From an uncultured archaeon (GTDB lineage Archaea; Thermoplasmatota; Penumbrarchaeia; JASLWR01), in the NCBI GenBank assembly GCA_964430885.1, contig CAYSHM010000007.1, positions 32,001 through 96,000 of the forward strand: a stretch of 64,000 nt of DNA, written 5' to 3'. This document shows, one piece after another, positions 47,725 through 57,662 of the stretch (its first letter is position 1; every line of letters starts with the position of its first letter). Below the pieces are notes generated by a model. The model did no database searches and had not been told where the DNA came from. It was given only the letters and a program-made list of their open reading frames with translations. Made by a program: the position numbers and the translations under genes.

Positions 47725-49350
47725 ATGGATCGAAAAGAGAAAAAAAAACCTGTCAAGAAAAGGAAACCTCTGGTTTCTCTTAGAACAATATTGTTCTGGG
47801 TCATACTCTTATTAATTTTATCCGCGGGGATCATAAGCGGGATCCTGATCTGGGGGCCTTCTGACAACAAAGGCCAAATGTCTGCATACGGATCCTCCTG
47901 GAACGATGTGTCAAATTTCAGAAAATCCATATCCGAAATGGGTGTTGGAGTAAATAACATAGTATCCTCGCCTATGCTTCTGGATACACTGAACAATACA
48001 ATGGAGATCCACAACACATTGTTCATCTCTTTGGGAGTGGAAAAGGAGTATACCCTCAGCGAAGCCTGGTCCATCTACAAATTCTTCCTAAACGGCGGCA
48101 AGATAATAATTGCCGATGATTTCGGTTATGGAAACTCCATCTCCAACAAGGATTTCAGCGGTGGATGGGATGGATTCGGACTGGAATTTTCCAATGCTCC
48201 TCTGTATGATGGCAGATATGTTAAAAACCCGCTGTTCGTAACTATTCCCATCAACTCCATGGACTTCGATTATGATTTCAAGGGAACCTACCTTTTCACC
48301 TTGAACAGTGAGTACAGCATCTATCTGGCCAACGGACCAATCATTCCCGAGCTCAAGAACGTCATAATAAAAAATGGATTGCAGATCGCCAATGAAGCAA
48401 AGGTAACCAAGGTAGGGGAGAGCACCTGGCAGATTACAGATGTGGACCTTTACAACCATTACAGGGAATACAGGCTTGAATTAACGGCGGAAGGTGTTGA
48501 GGTTTATTCTTACACAGTTGTACTCAACAAACCGTCAGCCTTTGTTCCGTCAAGAGGAAAAACCAAAAACGTCCTCGCCACTTCATCAGGTTTCGATATA
48601 GAGGACAATTTTCCTTTGTCCTGGCTGGACAAGAACGGCAATGGAGAACGGGATATTGCGGAATCCACCGATGCCCGGAGGTATCCCGGTGGATACCCCC
48701 TCATGTATGAGCTCACCTCCATAAGTGATGACGGAAAAAGAGGGAAAGCTCTTTTCATATCTGACCCGTCCCTTTTCATAAACGACATGTGGGAATTCAA
48801 TGAGGGGTTCTGTGAGGATCTGGTAAGGTACATGCTGGGAGAAGAGGAGCTGGAAAACGGGGATTACAATGTAGTGTTTGATGAATCCAGACATTTCCCG
48901 AATAACGTCGTCACCTCCTTCAGACAGGAATTGTACTTCACTTTGGTTTTCCTCTTTACAGAAACAAATCTGCGGATCCTTACACCTGTGATAATAATCA
49001 TGTTCCTTCTGGTTGTGATAATCGCTGTGGACGACCCTCTACGAAGGAGGCATATTTACAATATCAGACATAAGACCATTTACAACCTGCATAATCAGAA
49101 CATCAGAAGCGGAGACTCCAACCGCATTAGGCATTTGCTTTTGGAAAAGGTAAGGCTGGCCCTTGGAGTATCTAAGGAAGATTTCAGACAGATTAATACC
49201 CGACGATTGAAGATGCTTCTTAATGACGATGAGCTCATCCAATTTCTCCTGGGCCCGAGACAAAACCTTGAGGACAGGGAACTTGAGGACATTCTAATAA
49301 AAATAAGGGATTGGATTCCCGGAAGGGACGGTGATTATTATCTGGACTAA
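47725..49350 (+). CDS. DUF4350 (GATase-like) membrane protein
   Basis: TM helix, SAY-x-x-x-WND-x-S-x-F, F-x-x-x-GG-x-x-IIADDFG-x-GN, G-x-x-x-x-ISDPSLFINDM and VFDESRH motifs. Confidence 0.85.
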   Translation: MDRKEKKKPVKKRKPLVSLRTILFWVILLLILSAGIISGILIWGPSDNKGQMSAYGSSWNDVSNFRKSISEMGVGVNNIVSSPMLLDTLNNTMEIHNTLFISLGVEKEYTLSEAWSIYKFFLNGGKIIIADDFGYGNSISNKDFSGGWDGFGLEFSNAPLYDGRYVKNPLFVTIPINSMDFDYDFKGTYLFTLNSEYSIYLANGPIIPELKNVIIKNGLQIANEAKVTKVGESTWQITDVDLYNHYREYRLELTAEGVEVYSYTVVLNKPSAFVPSRGKTKNVLATSSGFDIEDNFPLSWLDKNGNGERDIAESTDARRYPGGYPLMYELTSISDDGKRGKALFISDPSLFINDMWEFNEGFCEDLVRYMLGEEELENGDYNVVFDESRHFPNNVVTSFRQELYFTLVFLFTETNLRILTPVIIIMFLLVVIIAVDDPLRRRHIYNIRHKTIYNLHNQNIRSGDSNRIRHLLLEKVRLALGVSKEDFRQINTRRLKMLLNDDELIQFLLGPRQNLEDRELEDILIKIRDWIPGRDGDYYLD

Positions 49351-50584
49351 GAAAGGAATTATCATCGCTTCCCTGGCCTTCTCCCTTGCAGCCGTGGGTA
49401 TCGTGACCCAATCGGTGCTCTTCATAATAACATCAATACTTTTTTCAAGCATTCTTTTCATTTCCTACGCCTCTCTAACTGAGAACCTAATAATAAAAAG
49501 AATAGTATACCATCCTAAGATATTTGAGGAAGATGTGGCGGATATCGGTCTGGAGATCGGCAATAAAGGGTTCTTCACCAGCCTAGTTGAGGTGTATGAT
49601 AAACTCCCCAAATCATTTTTGCTTGTGGAGGGAAAGAACAACATAGTTATGAGGCTGAAGCGGGGCGAGACCGCAAAGGTCATCTATTCCATATCATCCC
49701 CTCTAAGGGGATTTTACAACCTCGGTCCCATCTTCGTGAGATCCCATGACATGTTCGGCATATTCCACAGGGAAAGAGAGATCAATATGCTCTCCTCTAT
49801 GACAATATATCCCCGGATCGTGGAGATGAAACACCTCAAGGTTAGTACAAAATACAAGAAGATTAATCCCGGATCTGTGGTCATGAGAACCCTTGGGAAG
49901 GGCATGGATTTCCACTCAATACGTGATTATGTGACTTCAGACCCCTTTAACAGGATCAACTGGAAAGCCTCGGCCAGGAAGAGAAAGCTCATGGTGAACC
50001 AGTATGAACTTGAGGACGTATATGACCTCATGATATTCATCGATGCCCGTCACATAACAAGGATTGGTACACCGGTGGATAATCCGTTGGAGCATGCAGT
50101 GAAGGCCGCCGCTTCATTGGCCAATATCGCTGTAAGAAAGATGAACCGGGTGGGTTTGGTCACCTATGGGTCCGATATTAAGGTTATACCCCCTGGTAAT
50201 TCTGCCACCCATATGGAAACTATTCTAGCCAGTCTCACAAGCACATACTCCAAGGGGAAGAGGACATTCAAGGACGCCCTTGATATCAGCATGCCCTATC
50301 TGACGCCGAAATCCCCCATAATAATTATCACACCCATTCAGAACGATAATACCATAAATGACGCATTGGAGATAATGATCACAAAAGGATACCAGGTTTG
50401 TCTGATATCGCCCTCACTTATCGATTTTGAAAGGCATATTATGGGACGTTATTCGCCCAAGTACCTACTAGTGAAGATGGAGCGACATAATCAGCTGGCT
50501 ACCATAAAAGGACTCGGTGCTGATGTCATCGATTGGACCCCCGAAAGACCCCTGCAGAACATAATACAGGAGGTGGGCTTTTGA
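49331..50584 (+). CDS. DUF58 (vWA-like, MoxR-associated) protein
   Basis: RG-x-Y-x-LGP, G-x-DF-x-x-IRDY-x-x-x-D-x-x-x-x-INWKASAR and RVGL motifs. Confidence 0.92.
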   Translation: MIIIWTKKGIIIASLAFSLAAVGIVTQSVLFIITSILFSSILFISYASLTENLIIKRIVYHPKIFEEDVADIGLEIGNKGFFTSLVEVYDKLPKSFLLVEGKNNIVMRLKRGETAKVIYSISSPLRGFYNLGPIFVRSHDMFGIFHREREINMLSSMTIYPRIVEMKHLKVSTKYKKINPGSVVMRTLGKGMDFHSIRDYVTSDPFNRINWKASARKRKLMVNQYELEDVYDLMIFIDARHITRIGTPVDNPLEHAVKAAASLANIAVRKMNRVGLVTYGSDIKVIPPGNSATHMETILASLTSTYSKGKRTFKDALDISMPYLTPKSPIIIITPIQNDNTINDALEIMITKGYQVCLISPSLIDFERHIMGRYSPKYLLVKMERHNQLATIKGLGADVIDWTPERPLQNIIQEVGF

Positions 50585-52281
50585 GCCGGGACCGACGATC
50601 AGGACGCTACAGCACCCGAAGGGGCAGGGACAGGGATTCAGATATCAATTGGACCGAGGACGAGGCATATTCAACTGAGGAGTACTGGTTGAGCGATGCA
50701 GGGGAGGATGATTGGTTCGATGATGATGACGAATATCTTCCTTCTAGATCATCCGTAAGGGGAACTCAAAGGGGTAGAGACCAATGGGAGAATATTCCTG
50801 ATCAGAAAGGGGAGGAATATGAAGGGAAAGAAACGGATGAATGGCTCGGCTCCCGGTCATATGATGATAATGATTTCGAATATTATAGGGCCGCCAAGCA
50901 AGAGGAATACTCTCAGGCCCCTGGCGTTCAATACTATGAACCGGGGCGGCATCGGGTTTCCCCACGAAGATTCCCAGGCAGACTGAGTGATGTCAGATCC
51001 AGGAGAGAAGAGGATCACTACATTGATTATGATGAGCCAGTCTACCAGGAAAGCTACCATAGCCCTACCAAAAATGACCTTCTGGATACATCAGACATTC
51101 CAGTGCAGTGGGACTCGGAGTCCGATGAGGAAGAGTTATATTGGGATGAAGGTCTTTATGAGGAATACAGTCTAGGGGGAGATGAGGCCGTAGTAGTTGA
51201 ACCCTATGAAGAATCCATCAGAAAAGGCGGCCTTAAAGCACTAATGAGGGTTTTCTACAAACCCCATATCGTGGACAATTTCGGCTCATTCATATTTTCA
51301 ATGAACATTATAGCAACTTGCAGTCTGTTCCTTCTATTTATCATGTCCTCCAATCTGGGGGAGGAGGTTATCGACGGCCTTAGTGATCTATCCAACGGTG
51401 CTATTGTTACATTGCCAATATTTCATACGGCAGTCATCGGTATCTTTATGGGTCTGGGACTAACCATTTTCCTGAAGCTTAAAAACAGAATTAAACGAAT
51501 ATTGGGTTTCGGTTTACTGATCCTGCTAGGTGCAGTACTGCTGCTGTTGCCACTATTAACATTCCTTACCGGATTCGGCTTGGACAAGAGCCTAGACCAA
51601 TTCCTGGGCATGACTATGTTCCTGGGAAAGGTAATGGTAGTGCTCATCTATATGTCTCCAGCCATATTGGGGACGTTCTCCATTTGGTCCAGAAAGGCAC
51701 CTTGGCTGCTGTCCATGAGCGGAGTAATTGTGTTGCTTTCAATCGTAATCATATCAAACATTATTCAGATCAACGAAGACGGGAATATAAACGACAGCGG
51801 AGTAAATCTATTCGTATTCTTCCTTTATGCCGTTACACTGTATCTATATATCGAAACCCAGGCCTCCTCTGTCAAATACTATAAATTGGCCGAGGAAATA
51901 AATGAACCTAGAAACTCCGACAGGGTGAGATATTTCAGATATGCCCTGTCCTCATACTTCTACCATTTGATCTACCTTCTAGTACCCAGTATTATCGTGG
52001 CTTTGCTGATTATGAACCGGGCTGTCTTTATTGGGGCCATAGGATCACGGAGATTGGCTGAAAGCCTTGAGGTAAACTCCTTCCTGGGACTTATGGTGTC
52101 AACTATCCTCCTGTTCTCTATTCTGGCCCTTTTTGTGATAGTTTGGAGGAGACGACAACCGCTTATCAAATTATACAGGACCCTGAAAGTGAGCATTACT
52201 GGCATGGGTAAGAGAAGGAAGGAGCTTGCGGAAACCAGAAAGGAAATCAGAAGGCTCAAACAGCTTGAGCGGACCATGTAA
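50581..52281 (+). CDS. Multi-pass membrane protein with long acidic disordered N-terminus
   Basis: TTG start after GAGGTG, overlapping the DUF58 stop; about 220 aa D/E/R/Y-rich, then about 8 TM helices. Confidence 0.8.
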   Translation: MSRDRRSGRYSTRRGRDRDSDINWTEDEAYSTEEYWLSDAGEDDWFDDDDEYLPSRSSVRGTQRGRDQWENIPDQKGEEYEGKETDEWLGSRSYDDNDFEYYRAAKQEEYSQAPGVQYYEPGRHRVSPRRFPGRLSDVRSRREEDHYIDYDEPVYQESYHSPTKNDLLDTSDIPVQWDSESDEEELYWDEGLYEEYSLGGDEAVVVEPYEESIRKGGLKALMRVFYKPHIVDNFGSFIFSMNIIATCSLFLLFIMSSNLGEEVIDGLSDLSNGAIVTLPIFHTAVIGIFMGLGLTIFLKLKNRIKRILGFGLLILLGAVLLLLPLLTFLTGFGLDKSLDQFLGMTMFLGKVMVVLIYMSPAILGTFSIWSRKAPWLLSMSGVIVLLSIVIISNIIQINEDGNINDSGVNLFVFFLYAVTLYLYIETQASSVKYYKLAEEINEPRNSDRVRYFRYALSSYFYHLIYLLVPSIIVALLIMNRAVFIGAIGSRRLAESLEVNSFLGLMVSTILLFSILALFVIVWRRRQPLIKLYRTLKVSITGMGKRRKELAETRKEIRRLKQLERTM

Positions 52282-52395
52282 ACCAGATGGAACTCCGGCT
52301 TAAGGATTTTTGAAAAACGCAAGGTTAGAGCTCTGAATATAATCCTCAGATTAGTTTCGATAATATGACTAATAATAGTATTAACAATGGTATTA

Positions 52396-53895
52396 TTAAG
52401 AATTGCGTTTGAAGATGGTGCCTTCCTTGAGGTCCTGAAGCTCAACTCCTAATTCGGCCAGACCATCCCGGATCCTGTCTGACAATTCCCATTTCCTTTC
52501 TTTCCGGAGAGCCGTACGGATGTCGATCAACAGCTCAACAAGATCATCTTCTAATCCGGCCGAGTCAGGACTTTCATCATCCAGAGCTCTGGAATCAAGT
52601 ATCATTTCAAAGGTGAAACCTAAGATACCGAGATGATTCTCCAATTCTCTGAAGATCGTTTTCATTTCCTTGGGGTCCACCGAATCGTTCACACCTTTAT
52701 TCAGAAGCCGGCACATATTGAAAACCGCTGCAATAGCTTCCCTGGTATTGAAATCCTCATTCATAGAACTGATGAAATCCTTCGCATAACCCATCCCCTG
52801 AGAGATGAAAGCTGTTGAATCCTGGGATGTGTCCGCGGAAGAGGTAGAGTTAATCGGGGATATTTGAGCTTCCGAATCCTTTTCTTTTACCGTTATCTGA
52901 TCCAAATACCTTCTGACTGTGATTATGGTGTTCCTGATACGTTCCAGTGAGCGGGTGGCTTCTTCCAGATGTTCATCGCAAAAATCTATTGGACGCCTGT
53001 AATGGGTATAGGACAGGAAAAAACGAAGGACCGCCGGAGAGTACTTTTTCAGCACATCCCTTATTGTAAAGAAATTACCCAATGACTTAGACATCTTCTC
53101 ACTGTTGATGGTTACAAAACCGTTATGAAGCCAATACCTGCAGAATGCCTGACCAGTATAGCATTCAGACTGAAGTATCTCACTCTCGTGGTGTGGGAAA
53201 ATGAGGTCCCTGCCTCCGCCGTGAATATCAAGTGTAGGCCCTATGATATTGGTGGACATTGTAGAGCATTCTATATGCCATCCAGGGCGTCCTTTCCCCC
53301 AGGGAGAGTCCCAAAATATCTCCTCTCCTTGGGAACTCTTCCACAGGGCGAAATCCTTGGGATGCCGTTTCTCGGGATTAATATCGACCCGGGCTCCGTC
53401 CATCATATCCTCCAAAGGCTGGCGGGTCAGGGTCCCAACCTTGTCAGAAGCGGATTCCACTGAAAAATAGACATTGCCGTTGACCTCGTAGGCGAAATCG
53501 GATTGGATCAGGCCCTGAATTACATCTATCATCTCGGGCACTGTCTCTGATGCATAAGGATGATGGGTTCCGTCCCTGACCCCCAACATCTTCATGTCGG
53601 TATAATATTCATCAATGTAATGATGCGCTAATTCAAGGGGTGCCATTCCCTTTTCCCTAGCCCGGTTGATTATCTTATCGTCAACATCCGTGAAGTTCTG
53701 AACATAATTAACCTCATAACCCAGATACTCCAGATAGCGTCTGATGATATCAAAGGCCACATATACCCTGGCATGACCCACGTGGCAGAGGTCGTACGTA
53801 GTGGGGCCGCACACATACATACCTACCTTCCCAGGTATCTGCGGTACGAACTCTTCCATCTCTCTGCTTGCAGTATTAAAAACTCTCAAACCCAT
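52396..53895 (-). CDS. cysS: Cysteine--tRNA ligase
   Basis: YVCGPT...HVGH, DFALWK, GRPGWHIEC, FPHHE and KMSKS motifs. Confidence 0.98.
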   Translation of the reverse strand: MGLRVFNTASREMEEFVPQIPGKVGMYVCGPTTYDLCHVGHARVYVAFDIIRRYLEYLGYEVNYVQNFTDVDDKIINRAREKGMAPLELAHHYIDEYYTDMKMLGVRDGTHHPYASETVPEMIDVIQGLIQSDFAYEVNGNVYFSVESASDKVGTLTRQPLEDMMDGARVDINPEKRHPKDFALWKSSQGEEIFWDSPWGKGRPGWHIECSTMSTNIIGPTLDIHGGGRDLIFPHHESEILQSECYTGQAFCRYWLHNGFVTINSEKMSKSLGNFFTIRDVLKKYSPAVLRFFLSYTHYRRPIDFCDEHLEEATRSLERIRNTIITVRRYLDQITVKEKDSEAQISPINSTSSADTSQDSTAFISQGMGYAKDFISSMNEDFNTREAIAAVFNMCRLLNKGVNDSVDPKEMKTIFRELENHLGILGFTFEMILDSRALDDESPDSAGLEDDLVELLIDIRTALRKERKWELSDRIRDGLAELGVELQDLKEGTIFKRNS

Positions 53896-54070
53896 ATTCC
53901 TCACCTGTATTTACTCATGAATGGCGAAACTCTAACAGGAACAATATCACACCGATTATATAACTATTTTTCATCACTACTGGTATCAAATTAGTATTTA
54001 AACGGAGAATTTGTCATTCACATACTTACTTTTTAATAAGCAAAACTTTATTACATCACCGGTGCCTCAT

Positions 54071-54508
54071 TTGAACGAAAATATCTCCGCTAATAAATGC
54101 CCTTTCTGCTGTATATACAAGGATTTCATTGAAAGAAGACAAGATGAGAAGGGCAACACAACGAAAAGGGATGTTCTCATAGACCGCGGAAGATTCTTTG
54201 TTATTTTCGACAGTTTCCCTGCTTCACCTGGACATATGCTGATAATAACAAAGGACCACCGTAGAGATTTTTTTCAGTTGACAGAGGACGAACTAAGGGA
54301 ATTGGGGAAGATCATAGTGAAGGCTAAATTGTTCCTTGAGGAAAACGGTCATTCTCCTGATGGATACAATGTTGGAATGAACTGCGGAAGGTATGCAGGC
54401 CAAACAGTCATGCATTTTCACTGCCATCTCATTCCGAGATATAAAGGGGACGTGGATGACCCGCGGGGCGGTGTCAGATACTGTATACCCCATAAGGGTA
54501 AATATTGA
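54071..54508 (+). CDS. HIT-family nucleotide hydrolase
   Basis: CPFC, P-x-SPGH-x-L and GYNVG-x-N-x-G-x-x-AGQTVMHFHCHLIPR motifs. Confidence 0.93.
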   Translation: MNENISANKCPFCCIYKDFIERRQDEKGNTTKRDVLIDRGRFFVIFDSFPASPGHMLIITKDHRRDFFQLTEDELRELGKIIVKAKLFLEENGHSPDGYNVGMNCGRYAGQTVMHFHCHLIPRYKGDVDDPRGGVRYCIPHKGKY

Positions 54509-54511
54509 TGC

Positions 54512-55567
54512 CTATATAAGAAAATCCATATTCTCCACCGCTTCCAGGCTTCCGTATTCCTTTATTAGAACTTCCTGTATCGGTTCCATTAGGGAAACCA
54601 GGGTTTGAGCTACTGCCATCTTCAGGTCAAGTGGATGAAGATCGCCCTTTAGGTACGAGATTGTGAAATCTTCGAATGTTTCGTAGTGAATATCACCGCC
54701 CCATTTTTCAGGCCGTTTAATGTGAAATTCACCAGATTGGGGGAATATAATATATTTGAGGATGTCAACCACTGGGTTTCCCCTTATCTCATCGGCCGGG
54801 CAGAAGGCGGCTTTCAGCTTTTTCTCAAGTGATGCTTTGTCATCGTGGATGAAAAGACAGCTCTCGGCCTTGGATTTGGACATCTTACCCTCGACCATAT
54901 CCATTCTGCCGCCGGAATCAAGGCCTGCTAATATGGGAGTATGCAGTGCCACTGGTTTATCCCACTTCAATTTTTCAGCAAGGTCCAATGCCAGCATGTG
55001 AGCGCGGCGCTGATCCAAACCACCCAGGGCCAGATCCACGCCTAGCTGGAAAATGTCCGCCACCTGCATCGGCGGATAAAAGAACATCGATGCGTCCGCC
55101 TCGCTTTCCTCTTCGCTCCGGCCCATGATGGACATGGCTCTTTTCACACGGGCTAAACTGCAGTTCTTAGACATCTGGAACACTCTTTCCCAGTAGCTGT
55201 TCTTTATTATCAGCTCACTGGCGTACACAAAACTGTTCCTCTCCGTATCAACACCCAAGGCACCGAAGCATTTTTCCATATATTTCCCGCATTTTCTTAT
55301 CTTTTCCATATCTCCGCCGAACTTATCATTGATATAAGCGTGCCAATCCGCCAAATAAAGAATAACACTGAAACCACTATCGTTCAAATCCTTGATCTTG
55401 TTTGCAATTATTACCCATCCCAAATGCACCTTCCCAGAGGGTTCGAATCCGATGTAGGCTTTCCTCTTTTCCTTCTTGTTCAACAGTTCCCTGAGCTTCT
55501 CCTCGGTGACTACCTCTTCAGTATTGGATAGTATCCGGGCAATCTGGTCCTCTATATCCATGTTCAT
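54512..55567 (-). CDS. tyrS: Tyrosine--tRNA ligase (archaeal type)
   Basis: YIGFEPSG-x-x-HLG, ADWHA, YPPMQVAD, GG-x-DQR and KMSKS motifs. Confidence 0.97.
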   Translation of the reverse strand: MNMDIEDQIARILSNTEEVVTEEKLRELLNKKEKRKAYIGFEPSGKVHLGWVIIANKIKDLNDSGFSVILYLADWHAYINDKFGGDMEKIRKCGKYMEKCFGALGVDTERNSFVYASELIIKNSYWERVFQMSKNCSLARVKRAMSIMGRSEEESEADASMFFYPPMQVADIFQLGVDLALGGLDQRRAHMLALDLAEKLKWDKPVALHTPILAGLDSGGRMDMVEGKMSKSKAESCLFIHDDKASLEKKLKAAFCPADEIRGNPVVDILKYIIFPQSGEFHIKRPEKWGGDIHYETFEDFTISYLKGDLHPLDLKMAVAQTLVSLMEPIQEVLIKEYGSLEAVENMDFLI

Positions 55568-55843
55568 TTTGCCTTCCCCTTTCCTTGTTTTACTTGCTTG
55601 TCTTAATTATGGTGTTCAGCATTGATATTGTTTGTAAATATAACCCAATATAAAAAAGCTTTCTGTTATAATAGGTCTGCTTGTCTATCCCAAAAGGGTT
55701 TATTTCAAAATTGAAGGGCAACAATATATAATAGGTGTATTGTTACAAGGAAAAAAATTCCATTTATGGTACCTGCAGCAGTATTGGGTTCACTCTAAAT
55801 GGATTTACCAAAACGATTATAAGGCTTTGGAGGATTGAATCCT

Positions 55844-56149
55844 ATGGAGATATCAATAGATGAAGAGATCATCGAAAAACTACATAATTTTAAAAAAATA
55901 TTCGATGATATAATGGAAGAGGATACTGATTTCAATAAATATATCGAGATAGTTATATCCGAGGGTCTGGAAAAGATGCTTAGAGATATAATCCCTCCTG
56001 AACATGAATGGGACACCATTCGTGCAGCCTTCGAGGAAGATAACGAGTTCATGTCAACACTTATTAGAAACATCCTCATCAGAGGTGCCCAGATAGACGA
56101 TGAGGAGAAGAAATTGATGAAAGAGAAGATGTCCGCATATATTCAATGA
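55844..56149 (+). CDS. Hypothetical small helical protein (RHH-like N-terminus)
   Basis: GGAGG SD; a short beta strand then helices. Confidence 0.7.
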   Translation: MEISIDEEIIEKLHNFKKIFDDIMEEDTDFNKYIEIVISEGLEKMLRDIIPPEHEWDTIRAAFEEDNEFMSTLIRNILIRGAQIDDEEKKLMKEKMSAYIQ

Positions 56150-56188
56150 ATATTTGTAATTTACTTTTATACAGTAGAAAAATTTTAT

Positions 56189-56773
56189 TTAAAAATCGCC
56201 CTGGGAATCAATAAGGCCCTTCAGTATTATATCGGCTGATAGGTCAGGGGCAATTTCAGACGTATCAATTTCCAATTCAGCTTGGTTGTTCCTTTCATAG
56301 GGAACATCCACCCCAATGACATCTCCCAAACCCGGAAAATATTTGCCTGTAGCTTTTCTTTCAAAGGCTTTTTCATACAATTCTCTCATTATTTCACCTC
56401 CATTCCTTTTTCCTTCCCGTTCCATACAGGTTTCAATAGGCGCTATGACGGAAACTTCGAAAAATGACGACATCAGTTCCCTTGCTTGAACACGGTATTT
56501 TTTCCTGTGAGCTGTAGCATCAATAACTACATTGTTCCCCTTGGCTGTCAGAAGGTGAGCTATAAAAGTCAGCATTCCATAGGCTTTGTCCCTATCTTCA
56601 TCGGTATAGCGTGGTTGGTCGACCTCTGCAATCAACTCCTCCCTGAGAGAATCCATTTCCAGATGAATAAATCGGAAACCTCTATCCTTGGTCCTTCTTA
56701 TAAATTCCCGGCTGATAGTGCTCTTTCCACTACCCGGTAATCCCGTTATCCAGATACAGGTCCCTTTCCTCAT
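56189..56773 (-). CDS. cysC: Adenylyl-sulfate kinase-like P-loop kinase
   Basis: IWITGLPGSGKSTI, LY-x-KA and G-V-D-x-PYE motifs; start overlaps the radB 3' end. Confidence 0.8.
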   Translation of the reverse strand: MRKGTCIWITGLPGSGKSTISREFIRRTKDRGFRFIHLEMDSLREELIAEVDQPRYTDEDRDKAYGMLTFIAHLLTAKGNNVVIDATAHRKKYRVQARELMSSFFEVSVIAPIETCMEREGKRNGGEIMRELYEKAFERKATGKYFPGLGDVIGVDVPYERNNQAELEIDTSEIAPDLSADIILKGLIDSQGDF

Positions 56774-57473
56774 GGAATTCAACATCCCCAAAAAGACTGT
56801 CAGTGGAAATTCCCGAGTCCACTATCTCGAAATAGATGGAAATATTGCTCTTCATAGAACGATGTTTCAGAAGGATCGCTTTCCGTCTTCCCCCGGCAAG
56901 TCTCTTCAGCTGCATTACTGTTTTGGAGTTGTGGTCCACAACATGCCCGCCTATGGGTTTCAGTTTGTTCTCATCGATATCGGTATAAACCTGGTTAGTT
57001 ATTAGCACGGGTAAATATTTCTGTCTTGCTAAAGACAATGATTCGATCATCATCTTTGCGAGAATCCTCCTTCCTTTTCTTCCATCGTTTGAACTGTCGC
57101 TGTAATATTTCCTATAAAAATTGGTCATGGAATCAACGACCATCAGGCCGACGTCGGTGGTATCTACAAGTTTTTTAGATTTCTCAACCGCTTCATATTG
57201 CTGTTCAAATGTATAGGGCTTGAAGAAGAGAACATTCCTGTTGATCCTGTCCGATTCTTCACCGAAAATCTGCTGCATCCTTACTGCAGATACTCCCTCT
57301 GTATCAATATAAATAACCCTTTTACCCGACTCTATACACTTCTTGACGAATTGAAGGCATATGTTTGTCTTTCCTGAACCGCCTTTACCGAAGAATTGGG
57401 TTATGGTCCCGTTTTCCAAACCGCCGCCCAATAACTCGTCCAGAGGCTGACAACCGCTTTTTAGATGTTTGAT
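56730..57473 (-). CDS. radB: DNA repair and recombination protein RadB
   Basis: G-x-x-GSGKT, YIDTEG, VVDS, TNQVY and the RadB-specific KHRS. The conserved SGC-x-x-LD-x-LLGGG lies upstream of the track's TTG start, so the start is proposed at ATC 57473. Confidence 0.93.
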   Translation of the reverse strand: MKHLKSGCQPLDELLGGGLENGTITQFFGKGGSGKTNICLQFVKKCIESGKRVIYIDTEGVSAVRMQQIFGEESDRINRNVLFFKPYTFEQQYEAVEKSKKLVDTTDVGLMVVDSMTNFYRKYYSDSSNDGRKGRRILAKMMIESLSLARQKYLPVLITNQVYTDIDENKLKPIGGHVVDHNSKTVMQLKRLAGGRRKAILLKHRSMKSNISIYFEIVDSGISTDSLFGDVEFHEERDLYLDNGITG

Positions 57474-57662
57474 ATCCTCTCCTCCGTTTCACTGATGATT
57501 TTTTAAATATTTGAATAGCTATATCAGACCAGATTACAGGTCGGAACCAAGCATTATTTCTTCATACCAATAGATCGACCTTAGTTAGCGGTCACTTCTA
57601 TTCAGTCATCACGTTGAATCCGTCCTGAGGACTAACGGTCCATACCACCTTAGGGCACCAGG

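Noticed and set aside
56189-56773. PSTK (selenocysteine pathway kinase)
   Set aside because: It has APS-kinase-type LYxKA and GVDxPYE motifs and lacks a PSTK C-terminal domain; I saw no in-frame TGA readthrough candidates.
57524-57660. Possible C/D sRNA or small ribozyme between radB and the upstream gene (minus-strand GTGATGA, CTGA, GTCC-TCA-GGAC hairpin)
   Set aside because: Box spacing (about 89 nt) and internal boxes do not fit archaeal guides, and no hammerhead or HDV core could be assembled by eye.
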